Source of the DNA: Squalus acanthias
Taxonomy: Eukaryota
NCBI GenBank assembly: GCA_030390025.1
Contig: CM059432.1
Coordinates: forward strand, 115,012,001-115,076,000
DNA: 64,000 nucleotides
Direction: 5' to 3'
Shown piece by piece: positions 1-15,000 of this stretch (position 1 is the first letter of the stretch; the number at the start of each line of letters is the position of its first letter). The translations under genes and the position numbers were made by a program. The notes under the pieces are model-generated. The model did not search any database. It worked only from the letters and a program-made list of their open reading frames with translations, and was not told where the DNA came from.

Positions 1-3000
1 AATCCCGATTTCAGACAGAGCACAGTGCTAACAATCCCGATTTCAGACAATGCACAGTGCTAACAATCCTGATTTCAGACAGAGCACAGTGCTAACAATC
101 CTGATTTCAGACAATGCACAGTGCTAACAATCCCGATTTCAGACAAAGCACAGTGCTAACAATCCTGATTTCAGACAATGCACAGTGCTAACAATCCCGA
201 TTTCAGACAACGCACAGTGCTAACAATCCCGATTTCAGACAGAGCACAGTGCTAACAATCCTGATTTCAGATTAAGCACAGTGCTAACAATCCTGATTTC
301 AGATTAAGCACAGTGCTAACAATCCTGATTTCAGACAACGCACAGTGCTAACAATCCCGATTTCAGATTAAGCACAGTGCTAACAATCCTGATTTCAGAC
401 AAAGCACAGTGCTAACAATCCTGATTTCAGACAACGCACAGTGCTAACAATCCCGATTTCAGACAAAGCACAGCGCTAACAATCCCGATTTCAGACAAAG
501 CACAGTGCTAACAATCCCGATTTCAGATTAAGCACAGTGCTAACAATCCTGATTTCAGACAGAGCACAGCGCTAACAATCCCGATTTCAGAAAACGCACA
601 GTGCTAACAATCCCGATTTCAGACAACGCACAGTGTTAACAATCCCGATTTCAGACAACGCACAGCACTAACAATCCCGATTTCAGACAAAGCACAGTGC
701 TAACAATCCCGATTTCAGACAACGCACAGTGCTAACAATCCCGATTTCAGACAAAGCACAGCGCTAACAATCCCGATTTCAGACAAAGCACAGCGCTAAC
801 AATCCCGATTTCAGATTAAGCACAGTGCTAACAATCCCGATTTCAGATTAAGCACAGTGCTAACAATCCCGATTTCAGGTTAAGCATAGTGCTAACAATC
901 CCGATTTCAGGTTAAGCACAGTGCTAACAATCCCGATTTCAGACAATGCACAGTGCTAACAATCCCGATTTCAGACAACGCACAGTGCTAACAATCCTGA
1001 TTTCAGACAACGCACAGTGCTAACAATCCCGATTTCAGACAACGCACAGTGCTAACAATCCTGATTTCAGACAACGCACAGTGCTAACAATCCCGATTTC
1101 AGATTAAGCACAGTGCTAACAATCCCGATTTCAGATTAAGCACAGCGCTAACAATCCCGATTTCAGACAACGCACAGTGCTAACAATCCTGATTTCAGAC
1201 AACGCACAGTGCTAACAATCCTGATTTCAGACAACGCACAGTGCTAACAATCCCGATTTCAGACAACGCACAGTGCTAACAATCCCGATTTCAGACAACG
1301 CACAGTGCTAACAATCCCGATTTCAGATTAAGCACAGCGCTAACAATCCCGATTTCAGACAACGCACAGTGCTAACAATCCTGATTTCAGACAGAGCACA
1401 GTGCTAACAATCCCGATTTCAGACAACGCACAGTGCTAACAATCCCGATTTCAGACAAAGCACAGTACTAACAATCCCGATTTCAGACAACGCACAGTGC
1501 TAACAATCCCGATTTCAGACAATGCACAGCGCTAACAATCCCGATTTCAGACAAAGCACAGTGCTAACAATCCCGATTTCAGACAGAGCACAGTGCTAAC
1601 AATCCTGATTTCAGATTAAGCACAGTGCTAACAATCCTGATTTCAGATTAAGCACAGTGCTAACAATCCTGATTTCAGACAACGCACAGTGCTAACAATC
1701 CCGATTTCAGATTCAGCACAGTGCTAACAATCCTGATTTCAGACAAAGCACAGTGCTAACAATCCTGATTTCAGACAACGCACAGTGCTAACAATCCCGA
1801 TTTCAGACAGAGCACAGTGCTAACAATCCCGATTTCAGACAAAGCACAGTGCTAACAATCCCGATTTCAGACAAAGCACAGTGCTAACAATCCCGATTTC
1901 AGATTAAGCACAGTGCTAACAATCCTGATTTCAGACAGAGCACAGCGCTAACAATCCCGATTTCAGAAAACGCACAGTGCTAACAATCCCGATTTCAGAC
2001 AACGCACAGTGTTAACAATCCCGATTTCAGACAACGCACAGCACTAACAATCCCGATTTCAGACAAAGCACAGTGCTAACAATCCCGATTTCAGACAACG
2101 CACAGTGCTAACAATCCCGATTTCAGACAAAGCACAGCGCTAACAATCCCGATTTCAGACAAAGCACAGCGCTAACAATCCCGATTTCAGATTAAGCACA
2201 GTGCTAACAATCCCGATTTCAGATTAAGCACAGTGCTAACAATCCCGATTTCAGGTTAAGCACAGTGCTAACAATCCCGATTTCAGGTTAAGCACAGTGC
2301 TAACAATCCCGATTTCAGACAATGCACAGTGCTAACATTCCCGATTTCAGACAACGCACAGTGCTAACAATCCCGATTTCAGACAACGCACAGTGCTAAC
2401 AATCCTGATTTCAGACAACGCACAGTGCTAACCATCCCGATTTCAGATTAAGCACAGTGCTAACAATCCCGATTTCAGATTAAGCACAGCGCTAACAATC
2501 CCGATTTCAGACAACGCACAGTGCTAACAATCCTGATTTCAGACAACGCACAGTGCTAACAATCCTGATTTCAGACAACGCACAGTGCTAACAATCCCGA
2601 TTTCAGACAACGCACAGTGCTAACAATCCCGATTTCAGATTAAGCACAGTGCTAACAATCCTGATTTCAGACAAAGCACAGCGCTAACAATCCCGATTTC
2701 AGACAAAGCACAGTGCTAACAATCCCGATTTCAGACAAAGCACAGCGCTAACAATCCTGATTTCAGACAAAGCACAGCGCTAACAATCCTGATTTCAGAC
2801 AACGCACAGTGCTAACAATCCCGATTTCAGATTAAGCACAGTGCTAACAATCCCGATTTCAGATTAAGCACAGTGCTAACAATCCTGATTTCAGACAATG
2901 CACAGTGCTAACAATACCGATTTCAGACAAAGCACAGTACTAACAATCCCGATTTCAGACAACGCACAGTACTAACAATCCCGATTTCAGACAGAGCACA

Positions 3001-6000
3001 GTGCTAACAATCCCGATTTCAGACAATGCACAGTGCTAACAATCCTGATTTCAGACAGAGCACAGTGCTAACAATCCTGATTTCAGACAATGCACAGTGC
3101 TAACAATCCCGATTTCAGACAAAGCACAGTGCTAACAATCCTGATTTCAGACAATGCACAGTGCTAACAATCCCGATTTCAGACAACGCACAGTGCTAAC
3201 AATCCCGATTTCAGACAATGCACAGCGCTAACAATCCCGATTTCAGACAAAGCACAGTGCTAACAATCCCGATTTCAGACAGAGCACAGTGCTAACAATC
3301 CTGATTTCAGATTAAGCACAGTGCTAACAATCCTGATTTCAGATTAAGCACAGTGCTAACAATCCTGATTTCAGACAACGCACAGTGCTAACAATCCCGA
3401 TTTCAGATTAAGCACAGTGCTAACAATCCTGATTTCAGACAAAGCACAGTGCTAACAATCCTGATTTCAGACAACGCACAGTGCTAACAATCCCGATTTC
3501 AGACAGAGCACAGTGCTAACAATCCCGATTTCAGACAAAGCACAGTGCTAACAATCCCGATTTCAGACAAAGCACAGTGCTAACAATCCCGATTTCAGAT
3601 TAAGCACAGTGCTAACAATCCTGATTTCAGACAGAGCACAGCGCTAACAATCCCGATTTCAGAAAACGCACAGTGCTAACAATCCCGATTTCAGACAACG
3701 CACAGTGTTAACAATCCCGATTTCAGACAACGCACAGCACTAACAATCCCGATTTCAGACAAAGCACAGTGCTAACAATCCCGATTTCAGACAACGCACA
3801 GTGCTAACAATCCCGATTTCAGACAAAGCACAGCGCTAACAATCCCGATTTCAGACAAAGCACAGCGCTAACAATCCCGATTTCAGACTAAGCACAGTGC
3901 TAACAATCCCGATTTCAGATTAAGCACAGTGCTAACAATCCCGATTTCAGGTTAAGCACAGTGCTAACAATCCCGATTTCAGGTTAAGCACAGTGCTAAC
4001 AATCCCGATTTCAGACAATGCACAGTGCTAACAATCCCGATTTCAGACAACGCACAGTGCTAACAATCCTGATTTCAGACAACGCACAGTGCTAACAATC
4101 CTGATTTCAGACAACGCACAGTGCTAACAATCCTGATTTCAGACAACGCACAGTGCTAACAATCCCGATTTCAGATTAAGCACAGTGCTAACAATCCCGA
4201 TTTCAGATTAAGCACAGCGCTAACAATCCCGATTTCAGACAACGCACAGTGCTAACAATCCTGATTTCAGACAACGCACAGTGCTAACAATCCGATTTCA
4301 GACAAGCACAGTGCTACAATACAACGCACAGTGCTAACAATCCCGATTTCAGACAACGCACAGTGCTAACAATCCCGATTTCAGACAACGCACAGTGCTA
4401 ACAATCCCGATTTCAGATTAAGCACAGCGCTAACAATCCCGATTTCAGACAACGCACAGTGCTAACAATCCTGATTTCAGACAGAGCACAGTGCTAACAA
4501 TCCCGATTTCAGACAACGCACAGTGCTAACAATCCCGATTTCAGACAAAGCACAGTACTAACAATCCCGATTTCAGACAACGCACAGTGCTAACAATCCC
4601 GATTTCAGACAATGCACAGTGCTAACAATCCCGATTTCAGACAGAGCACAGTGCTAACAATCCTGATTTCAGATTAAGCACAGTGCTAACAATCCTGATT
4701 TCAGATTAAGCACAGTGCTAACAATCCTGATTTCAGACAACGCACAGTGCTAACAATCCCGATTTCAGATTAAGCACAGTGCTAACAATCCTGATTTCAG
4801 ACAAAGCACAGTGCTAACAATCCTGATTTCAGACAACGCACAGTGCTAACAATCCCGATTTCAGACAGAGCACAGTGCTAACAATCCCGATTTCAGACAA
4901 AGCACAGTGCTAACAATCCCGATTTCAGACAAAGCACAGTGCTAACAATCCCGATTTCAGATTAAGCACAGTGCTAACAATCCTGATTTCAGACAGAGCA
5001 CAGCGCTAACAATCCCGATTTCAGAAAACGCACAGTGCTAACAATCCCGATTTCAGACAACGCACAGTGTTAACAATCCCGATTTCAGACAACGCACAGC
5101 ACTAACAATCCCGATTTCAGACAAAGCACAGTGCTAACAATCCCGATTTCAGACAACGCACAGTGCTAACAATCCCGATTTCAGACAAAGCACAGTGCTA
5201 ACAATCCCGATTTCAGACAAAGCACAGCGCTAACAATCCCGATTTCAGATTAAGCACAGTGCTAACAATCCCGATTTCAGATTAAGCACAGTGCTAACAA
5301 TCCCGATTTCAGGTTAAGCACAGTGCTAACAATCCCGATTTCAGGTTAAGCACAGTGCTAACAATCCCGATGACAATGCACAGTGCTAACAATCCTGATT
5401 TCAGACAACGCACAGTGCTATCAATCCCGATTTCAGACAACGCACAGTGCTAACAATCCTGATTTCAGACAACGCACAGTGCTAACAATCCCGATTTCAG
5501 ATTAAGCACAGTGCTAACAATCCCGATTTCAGATTAAGCACAGCGCTAACAATCCCGATTTCAGACAACGCACAGTGCTAACAATCCTGATTTCAGACAA
5601 CGCACAGTGCTAACAATCCTGATTTCAGACAACGCACAGTGCTAACAATCCCGATTTCAGAAAACGCACAGTGCTAACAATCCCGATTTCAGACAACGCA
5701 CAGTGCTAACAATCCCGATTTCAGATTAAGCACAGCGCTAACAATCCCGATTTCAGACAACGCACAGTGCTAACAATCCTGATTTCAGACAGAGCACAGT
5801 GCTAACAATCCCGATTTCAGACAACGCACAGTGCTAACAATCCCGATTTCAGATTAAGCACAGCGCTAACAATCCCGATTTCAGACAACGCACAGTGCTA
5901 ACAATCCTGATTTCAGACAACGCACAGCGCTAACAATCCTGATTTCAGACAGAGCACAGTGCTAACAATCCTGATTTCAGACAACGCACAGTGCTAACAA

Positions 6001-9000
6001 TCCCAATTTCAGATTAAGCACAGTGCTAACAATCCCGATTTCAGATTAAGCACAGTACTAACAATCCCGATTTCAGACAAAGCACAGCGCTAACAATCCC
6101 GATTTCAGACAGAGCACAGTGCTAACAATCCTGATTTCAGACAACGCACAGTGCTAACAATCCCGATTTCAGACAAAGCACAGTGCTAACAATCCCGATT
6201 TCAGACAAAGCACAGTGCTAACAATCCTGATTTCAGACAATGCACAGCGCTAACAATCCCGATTTCAGACAAAGCACAGTGCTAACAATCCCGATTTCAG
6301 ACAGAGCACAGTGCTAACAATCCTGATTTCAGATTAAGCACAGTGCTAACAATCCTGATTTCAGATTAAGCACAGTGCTAACAATCCTGATTTCAGATTA
6401 AGCACAGTGCTAACAATCCTGATTTCAGACAACGCACAGTGCTAACAATCCCGATTTCAGATTAAGCACAGTGCTAACAATCCTGATTTCAGACAAAGCA
6501 CAGTGCTAACAATCCTGATTTCAGACAACGTACAGTGCTAACAATCCTGATTTCAGACAACGCACAGTGCTAACAATCCCGATTTCAGATTAAGCACAGC
6601 GCTAACAATCCCGATTTCAGACAACGCACAGTGCTAACAATCCCGATTTCAGATTAAGCACAGTGCTAACAATCCCGATTTCAGATTAAGCACAGTGCTA
6701 ACAATCCCGATTTCAGATTAAGCACAGTACTAACAATCCCAATTTCAGACAGAGCACAGTGCTAACAATCCCGATTTCAGACAGAGCACAGTGCTAACAA
6801 TCCTGATTTCAGACAACGCACAGTGCTAACAATCCCGATTTCAGACAAAGCACAGTGCTAACAATCCCGATTTCAGACAAAGCACAGTGCTAACAATCCT
6901 GATTTCAGACAATGCACAGCGCTAACAATCCCGATTTCAGACAATGCACAGTGCTAACAATCCCGATTTCAGACAGAGCACAGTGCTAACAATCCTGATT
7001 TCAGATTAAGCACAGTGCTAACAATCCTGATTTCAGATTAAGCACAGTGCTAACAATCCTGATTTCAGATTAAGCACAGTGCTAACAATCCTGATTTCAG
7101 ACAACGCACAGTGCTAACAATCCCGATTTCAGATTAAGCACAGTGCTAACAATCCTGATTTCAGACAAAGCACAGTGCTAACAATCCTGATTTCAGACAA
7201 CGTACAGTGCTAACAATCCTGATTTCAGACAACGCACAGTGCTAACAATCCCGATTTCAGATTAAGCACAGCGCTAACAATCCCGATTTCAGACAACGCA
7301 CAGTGCTAACAATCCCGATTTCAGATTAAGCACAGTGCTAACAATCCCGATTTCAGTTTAAGCACAGTGCTAACAATCCCGATTTCAGATTAAGCACAGT
7401 ACTAACAATCCCAATTTCAGACAGAGCACAGTGCTAACAATCCCGATTTCAGACAGAGCACAGTGCTAACAATCCCGATTTCAAATTAAGCACAGTGCTA
7501 ACAATCCCGATTTCAGATTAAGCACAGTACTAACAATCCCGATTTCAGATTAAGCACAGTGCTAACAATCCCGATTTCAGATTAAGCACAGTGCTAACAA
7601 TCCCGATTTCAGACAGAGCACAGTACTAACAATCCCGATTTCAGACAGAGCACAGTGCTAACAATCCCGATTTCAGACAATGCACAGTGCTAACAATCCT
7701 GATTTCAGACAACGCACAGTGCTAACAATCCCGATTTCAGACAATGCACAGTGCTAACAATCCTGATTTCAGACAAAGCACAGCGCTAACAATCCCGATT
7801 TCAGACAACGCACAGTACTAACAATCCTGATTTCAGACAACGCACAGTGCTAACAATCCTGATTTCAGATTAAGCACAGTGCTAACAATCCTGATTTCAG
7901 ACAAAGCACAGTACTAACAATCCCGATTTCAGATTAAGCACAGTGCTAACAATCCCGATTTCAGATTAAGCACAGTGCTAACAATCCCGATTTCAGACAG
8001 AGCACAGTGCTAACAATCCCGATTTCAGATTAAGCACAGCGCTAACAATCCCGATTTCAGATTAAGCACAGTGCTAACAATCCCGATTTCAGACAATGCA
8101 CAGCGCTAACAATCCCGATTTCAGACAAAGCACAGTGCTAACAATCCCGATTTCAGACAGAGCACAGTGCTAACAATCCTGATTTCAGATTAAGCACAGT
8201 GCTAACAATCCTGATTTCAGATTAAGCACAGTGCTAACAATCCTGATTTCAGACAACGCACAGTGCTAACAATCCCGATTTCAGATTAAGCACAGTGCTA
8301 ACAATCCTGATTTCAGACAAAGCACAGTGCTAACAATCCTGATTTCAGACAACGCACAGTGCTAACAATCCCGATTTCAGATTGAGCACAGTGCTAACAA
8401 TCCTGATTTCAGACAGAGCACAGCGCTAACAATCCCGATTTCAGAAAACGCACAGTGCTAACAATCCCGATTTCAGACAACGCACAGTGTTAACAATCCC
8501 GATTTCAGACAACGCACAGCACTAACAATCCCGATTTCAGACAAAGCACAGTGCTAACAATCCCGATTTCAGACAACGCACAGTGCTAACAATCCCGATT
8601 TCAGACAAAGCACAGCGCTAACAATCCCGATTTCAGACAAAGCACAGCGCTAACAATCCCGATTTCAGATTAAGCACAGTGCTAACAATCCCGATTTCAG
8701 ATTAAGCACAGTGCTAACAATCCCGATTTCAGGTTAAGCACAGTGCTAACAATCCCGATTTCAGGTTAAGCACAGTGCTAACAATCCCGATTTCAGACAA
8801 TGCACAGTGCTAACAATCCCGATTTCAGACAAAGCACAGTGCTAACAATCCTGATTTCAGACAATGCACAGCGCTAACAATCCCGATTTCAGACAAAGCA
8901 CAGTGCTAACAATCCCGATTTCAGACAGAGCACAGTGCTAACAATCCTGATTTCAGATTAAGCACAGTGCTAACAATCCTGATTTCAGATTAAGCACAGT

Positions 9001-12000
9001 GCTAACAATCCTGATTTCAGACAACGCACAGTGCTAACAATCCCGATTTCAGATTAAGCACAGTGCTAACAATCCTGATTTCAGACAAAGCACAGTGCTA
9101 ACAATCCTGATTTCAGACAACGCACAGTGCTAACAATCCCGATTTCAGACAGAGCACAGTGCTAACAATCCCGATTTCAGACAAAGCACAGTGCTAACAA
9201 TCCCGATTTCAGATTAAGCACAGTGCTAACAATCCTGATTTCAGACAGAGCACAGCGCTAACAATCCCGATTTCAGAAAACGCACAGTGCTAACAATCCC
9301 GATTTCAGACAACGCACAGTGCTAACAATCCCGATTTCAGACAACGCACAGCTGCTAACAATCCCGATTTCAGACAAAGCACAGTGCTAACAATCCCGAT
9401 TTCAGACAACGCACAGTGCTAACAATCCTGATTTCAGACAAAGCACAGTGCTAACAATCCTGATTTCAGACAATGCACAGTGCTAACAATCCCGATTTCA
9501 GACAATGCACAGTGCTAACAATCCCGATTTCAGACAAAGCACAGTGCTAACAATCCTGATTTCAGACAACGCACAGTGCTAACAATCCCGATTTCAGACA
9601 ATGCACAGTGCTAACAATCCCGATTTCAGACAAAGCACAGTGCTAACAATCCCGATTTCAGACAACGCACAGTGCTAACAATCCCGATTTCAGACAAAGC
9701 ACAGTGCTAACAATCCTGATTTCAGACAACGCACAGTGCTAACAATCCCGATTTCAGACAAAGCACAGTGCTAACAATCCCGATTTCAGACAACGCACAG
9801 TGCTAACAATCCCGATTTCAGACAAGCACAGTGCTAACAATCCCGATTTCAGACAACGCACAGTGCTAACAATCCCGATTTCAGACAGAGCACAGTGCTA
9901 ACAATCCCGATTTCAGATTAAGCACAGTGCTAACAATCCCGATTTCAGACAACGCACAGTGCTAACAATCCCGATTTCAGATTAAGCACAGTGCTAACAA
10001 TCCCGATTTCAGACAACGCACAGAGCTAACAATCCCGATTTCAGACAAAGCACAGTGCTAACAATCCCGATTTCAGACAAGCACAGTGCTAACAATCCCG
10101 ATTTCAGACAACGCACAGTGCTAACAATCCCGATTTCAGATTAAGCACAGTGCTAACAATCCCGATTTCAGATTAAGCACAGTGCTAACAATCCCGATTT
10201 CAGATTAAGCACAGTACTAACAATCCCGATTTCAGACAGAGCACAGTGCTAACAATCCCGATTTCAGACAAGCACAGTGCTAACAATCCCGATTTCAGAT
10301 AAGCACAGTGCTAACAATCCCGATTTCAGACAAAGCACAGTGCTAACAATCCCGATTTCAGATTAAGCACAGTGCTAACAATCCCGATTTCAGACTAAGC
10401 ACAGTGCTAACAATCCCGATTTCAGATTAAGCACAGTGCTAACAATCCCGATTTCAGATTAAGCACAGTCTAACAATCCCGATTTCAGACAAAGCACAGT
10501 GCTAACAATCCCGATTTCAGACAAGCACAGTGCTAACAATCCCGATTTCAGATTAAGCACAGTGCTAACAATCCCGATTTCAGACTAAGCACAGTGCTAA
10601 CAATCCCGATTTCAGATTAAGCACAGTGCTAACAATCCCGATTTCAGATTAAGCACAGTGCTAACAATCCCGATTTCAGATTAAGCACAGTGCTAACAAT
10701 CCCGATTTCAGACAAAGCACAGTGCTAACAATCCCGATTTCAGACAATGCACAGTGCTAACAATCCTGATTTCAGACAACGCACAGTGCTAACAATCCTG
10801 ATTTCAGACAATGCACAGTGCTAACAATCCGATTTCAGACAAAGCACAGTGCTAACAATCCCGATTTCAGACAACGCACAGTGCTAACAATCCCGATTTC
10901 AGACAAAGCACAGTGCTAACAATCCTGATTTCAGACTAAGCACAGTGCTAACAATCCTGATTTCAGACAAAGCACAGTGCTAACAATCCCGATTTCAGAC
11001 TAAGCACAGTGCTAACAATCCCGATTTCAGACAGAGCACAGTGCTAACAATCCCGATTTCAGACAAAGCACAGTGCTAACAATCCCGATTTCAGACTAAG
11101 CACAGTGCTAACAATCCCGATTTCAGACAAGCACAGCGCTAACAATCCCGATTTCAGACAAAGCACAGTGCTAACAATCCCGATTTCAGACAAAGCACAG
11201 TGCTAACAATCCTGATTTCAGATTAAGCACAGTGCTAACAATCCTGATTTCAGATTAAGCACAGTGCTAACAATCCTGATTTCAGACAACGCACAGTGCT
11301 AACAATCCCGATTTCAGATTAAGCACAGTGCTAACAATCCCGATTTCAGACAAAGCACAGTGCTAACAATCCTGATTTCAGACAACGCACAGTGCTAACA
11401 ATCCCGATTTCAGACAGAGCACAGTGCTAACAATCCCGATTTCAGACAAAGCACAGTGCTAACAATCCCGATTTCAGACAAAGCACAGTGCTAACAATCC
11501 CGATTTCAGATTAAGCACAGTGCTAACAATCCGATTTCAGACAGAGCACAGTGCTAACAATCCCGATTTCAGAAAACGCACAGTGCTAACAATCCCGATT
11601 TCAGACAACGCACAGTGCTAACAATCCCGATTTCAGACTACGCACAGCAGCTAACAATCCCGATTTCAGACAAAGCACAGTGCTAACAATCCCGATTTCA
11701 GACAACGCACAGTGCTAACAATCCCGATTTCAGACAAAGCACAGTGCTAACAATCCTGATTTCAGACAAAGCACAGTGCTAACAATCCCGATTTCAGATT
11801 AAGCACAGTGCTAACAATCCCGATTTCAGACTAAGCACAGTGCTAACAATCCCGATTTCAGATAAGCACAGTGCTAACAATCCCGATTTCAGACAAGCAC
11901 AGTGCTAACAATCCCGATTTCAGACAAGCACAGTGCTAACAATCCGATTTCAGACAAAGCACAGTGCTAACAATCCTGATTTCAGACAACGCACAGTGCT

Positions 12001-15000
12001 AACAATCCCGATTTCAGACAAGCACAGTGCTAACAATCCCGATTTCAGACAAGCACAGTGCTAACAATCCCGATTTCAGACTAAGCACAGTGCTAACAAT
12101 CCTGATTTCAGATAAGCACAGTGCTAACAATCCCGATTTCAGACAACGCACAGTGCTAACAATCCCGATTTCAGACAGAGCACAGTGCTAACAATCCGAT
12201 TTCAGACAAAGCACAGTGCTAACAATCCCGATTTCAGACAACGCACAGTGCTAACAATCCCGATTTCAGACATAGCACAGTGCTAACAATCCCGATTTCA
12301 GACAAAGCACAGTGCTAACAATCCCGATTTCAGACAAAGCACAGTGCTAACAATCCCGATTTCAGACTAAGCACAGTGCTAACAATCCGATTTCAGACTA
12401 AGCACAGCGCTAACAATCCCGATTTCAGACAACGCACAGTGCTAACAATCCTGATTCAGACAACGCACAGTGCTAACAATCCGATTTCAGACAAGCACAG
12501 TGCTAACAATCCCGATTTCAGACAACGCACAGTGCTAACAATCCCGATTTCAGACAACGCACAGTGCTAACAATCCCGATTTCAGACAAAGCACAGTGCT
12601 AACAATCCGATTTCAGACAACGCACAGTGCTAACAATCCCTGATTTCAGACAAGCACAGTGCTAACAATCCCGATTTCAGACAACGCACAGTGCTAACAA
12701 TCCCGATTTCAGACAACGCACAGTGCTAACAATCCCGATTTCAGACAAAGCACAGTGCTAACAATCCCTGATTTCAGACAAAGCACAGCGCTAACAATCC
12801 CGATTTCAGACAGGATTCAGACAATGCACAGTGCTAACAATCCCATTCAGATTAAGCACAGTACTAACAATCCGATTTCAGACAGAGGCTAACAGTTTAC
12901 ATACAACAATCCTGATTTCAGAATGACAATGACAGTTTCAAATAACAATTTCCCGATATCAGACACGCACAGTGCTAACAACCTGATTTCAGATAACACA
13001 GTGCTAACAATCCCGATTTCAGATAAGCACAGTGTAACAATCCGATTTCAGACAAGCACAGTGCTAACAATCCCGATTTCAGACAATGCACAGTGCTAAC
13101 AATCCCGATTTCAGACAAAGCACAGTGCTAACAATCCCGATTTCAGACAATGCACAGTGCTAACAATCCCGATTTCAGACAACGCACAGTGCTAACAATC
13201 CCGATTTCAGACAACGCACAGTGCTAACAATCCCGATTTCAGACAACGCACAGTGCTAACAATCCCGATTTCAGACAACGCACAGTGCTAACAATCCGAT
13301 TTCAGACAACGCACAGTGCTAACAATCCCGATTTCAGACAACGCACAGTGCTAACAATCCCGATTTCAGACAAGCACAGTGCTAACAATCCCGATTTCAG
13401 ACAGAGCACAGTGCTAACAATCCCGATTTCAGACAGAGCACAGTGCTAACAATCCCGATTTCAGACAAAGCACAGTGCTAACAATCCTGATTTCAGACAG
13501 AGCACAGTGCTAACAATCCCGATTTCAGACTAAGCACAGTGCTAACAATCCCGATTTCAGACAGAGCACAGTGCTAACAATCCCGATTTCAGACATACGC
13601 ACAGTGCTAACAATCCCGATTTCAGACAAGCACAGTGCTAACAATCCCGATTTCAGACAGAGCACAGTGCTAACAATCCCGATTTCAGATTAAGCACAGT
13701 GCTAACAATCCCGATTTCAGACAACGCACAGTGCTAACAATCCCGATTTCAGATTAAGCACAGTGCTAACAATCCCGATTTCAGACAGAGCACAGTGCTA
13801 ACAATCCCGATTTCAGACAGAGCACAGTGCTAACAATCCCGATTTCAGATTAAGCACAGTGCTAACAATCCTGATTTCAGACAAAGCACAGTGCTAACAA
13901 TCCCGATTTCAGACAGAGCACAGTGCTAACAATCCCGATTTCAGACAGAGCACAGTGCTAACAATCCCGATTTCAGATTAAGCACAGTGCTAACAATCCC
14001 GATTTCAGACAGAGCACAGTGCTAACAATCCCGATTTCAGATTAAGCACAGTGCTAACAATCCCGATTTCAGACAACGCACAGTGCTAACAATCCCGATT
14101 TCAGACAACGCACAGTGCTAACAATCCTGATTTCAGATTAAGCACAGTGCTAACAATCCCGATTTCAGATTAAGCACAGTGCTAACAATCCCGATTTCAG
14201 ACTACACACAGTGCTAACAATCCCGATTTCAGATTAAGCACAGTGCTAACAATCCCGATTTCAGATTAAGCACAGTACTCACAATCCCGATTTCAGATTA
14301 AGCACAACGCTAACAATCCTGATTTCAGACAACGCACAGTGCTAACAATCCCGATTTCAGATTAAGCACAGTGCTAACAATCCCGATTTCAGACAACGCA
14401 CAGTGCTAACAATCCTGATTTCAGACAACGCACAGTGCTAACAATCCCGATTTCAGATTAAGCACAGTGCTAACAATCCCGATTTCAGACAACGCACAGT
14501 GCTAACAATCCCGATTTCAGATTAAGCACAGTGCTAACAATCCCGATTTCAGACAGAGCACAGTACTAACAATCCTGATTTCAGACAGAGCACAGTGCTA
14601 ACAATCCTGATTTCAGACAGAGCACAGTGCTAACAATCCTGATTTCAGACAGAGCACAGTGCTAACAATCCCGATTTCAGACAATGCACAGCGCTAACAA
14701 TCCTGATTTCAGACAGAGCACAGTGCTAACAATCCCGATTTCAGACAGAGCACAGTGCTAACAATCCTGATTTCAGACAACGCACAGTGCTAACAATCCT
14801 GATTTCAGACAACGCACAGTGCTAACAATCCTGATTTCAGACAGAGCACAGTGCTAACAATCCCGATTTCAGACAATGCACAGTGCCTAACAATCCTGAT
14901 TTCAGACAGAGCACAGTGCTAACAATCCTGATTTCAGACAATGCACAGTGCTAACAATCCCGATTTCAGACAAAGCACAGTGCTAACAATCCTGATTTCA

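Noticed and set aside
4285..5380. Short deletions at ~4290-4320 and ~5371 as biological breakpoints
   Set aside because: They are not shared with the sister HOR copies and are clustered like read errors, so they cannot be supported without reads.
12376..12570. 64-aa ORF in the satellite
   Set aside because: Translation of monomers kept open by 1-bp deletions in the probably erroneous region, with a GTG start and no protein features.
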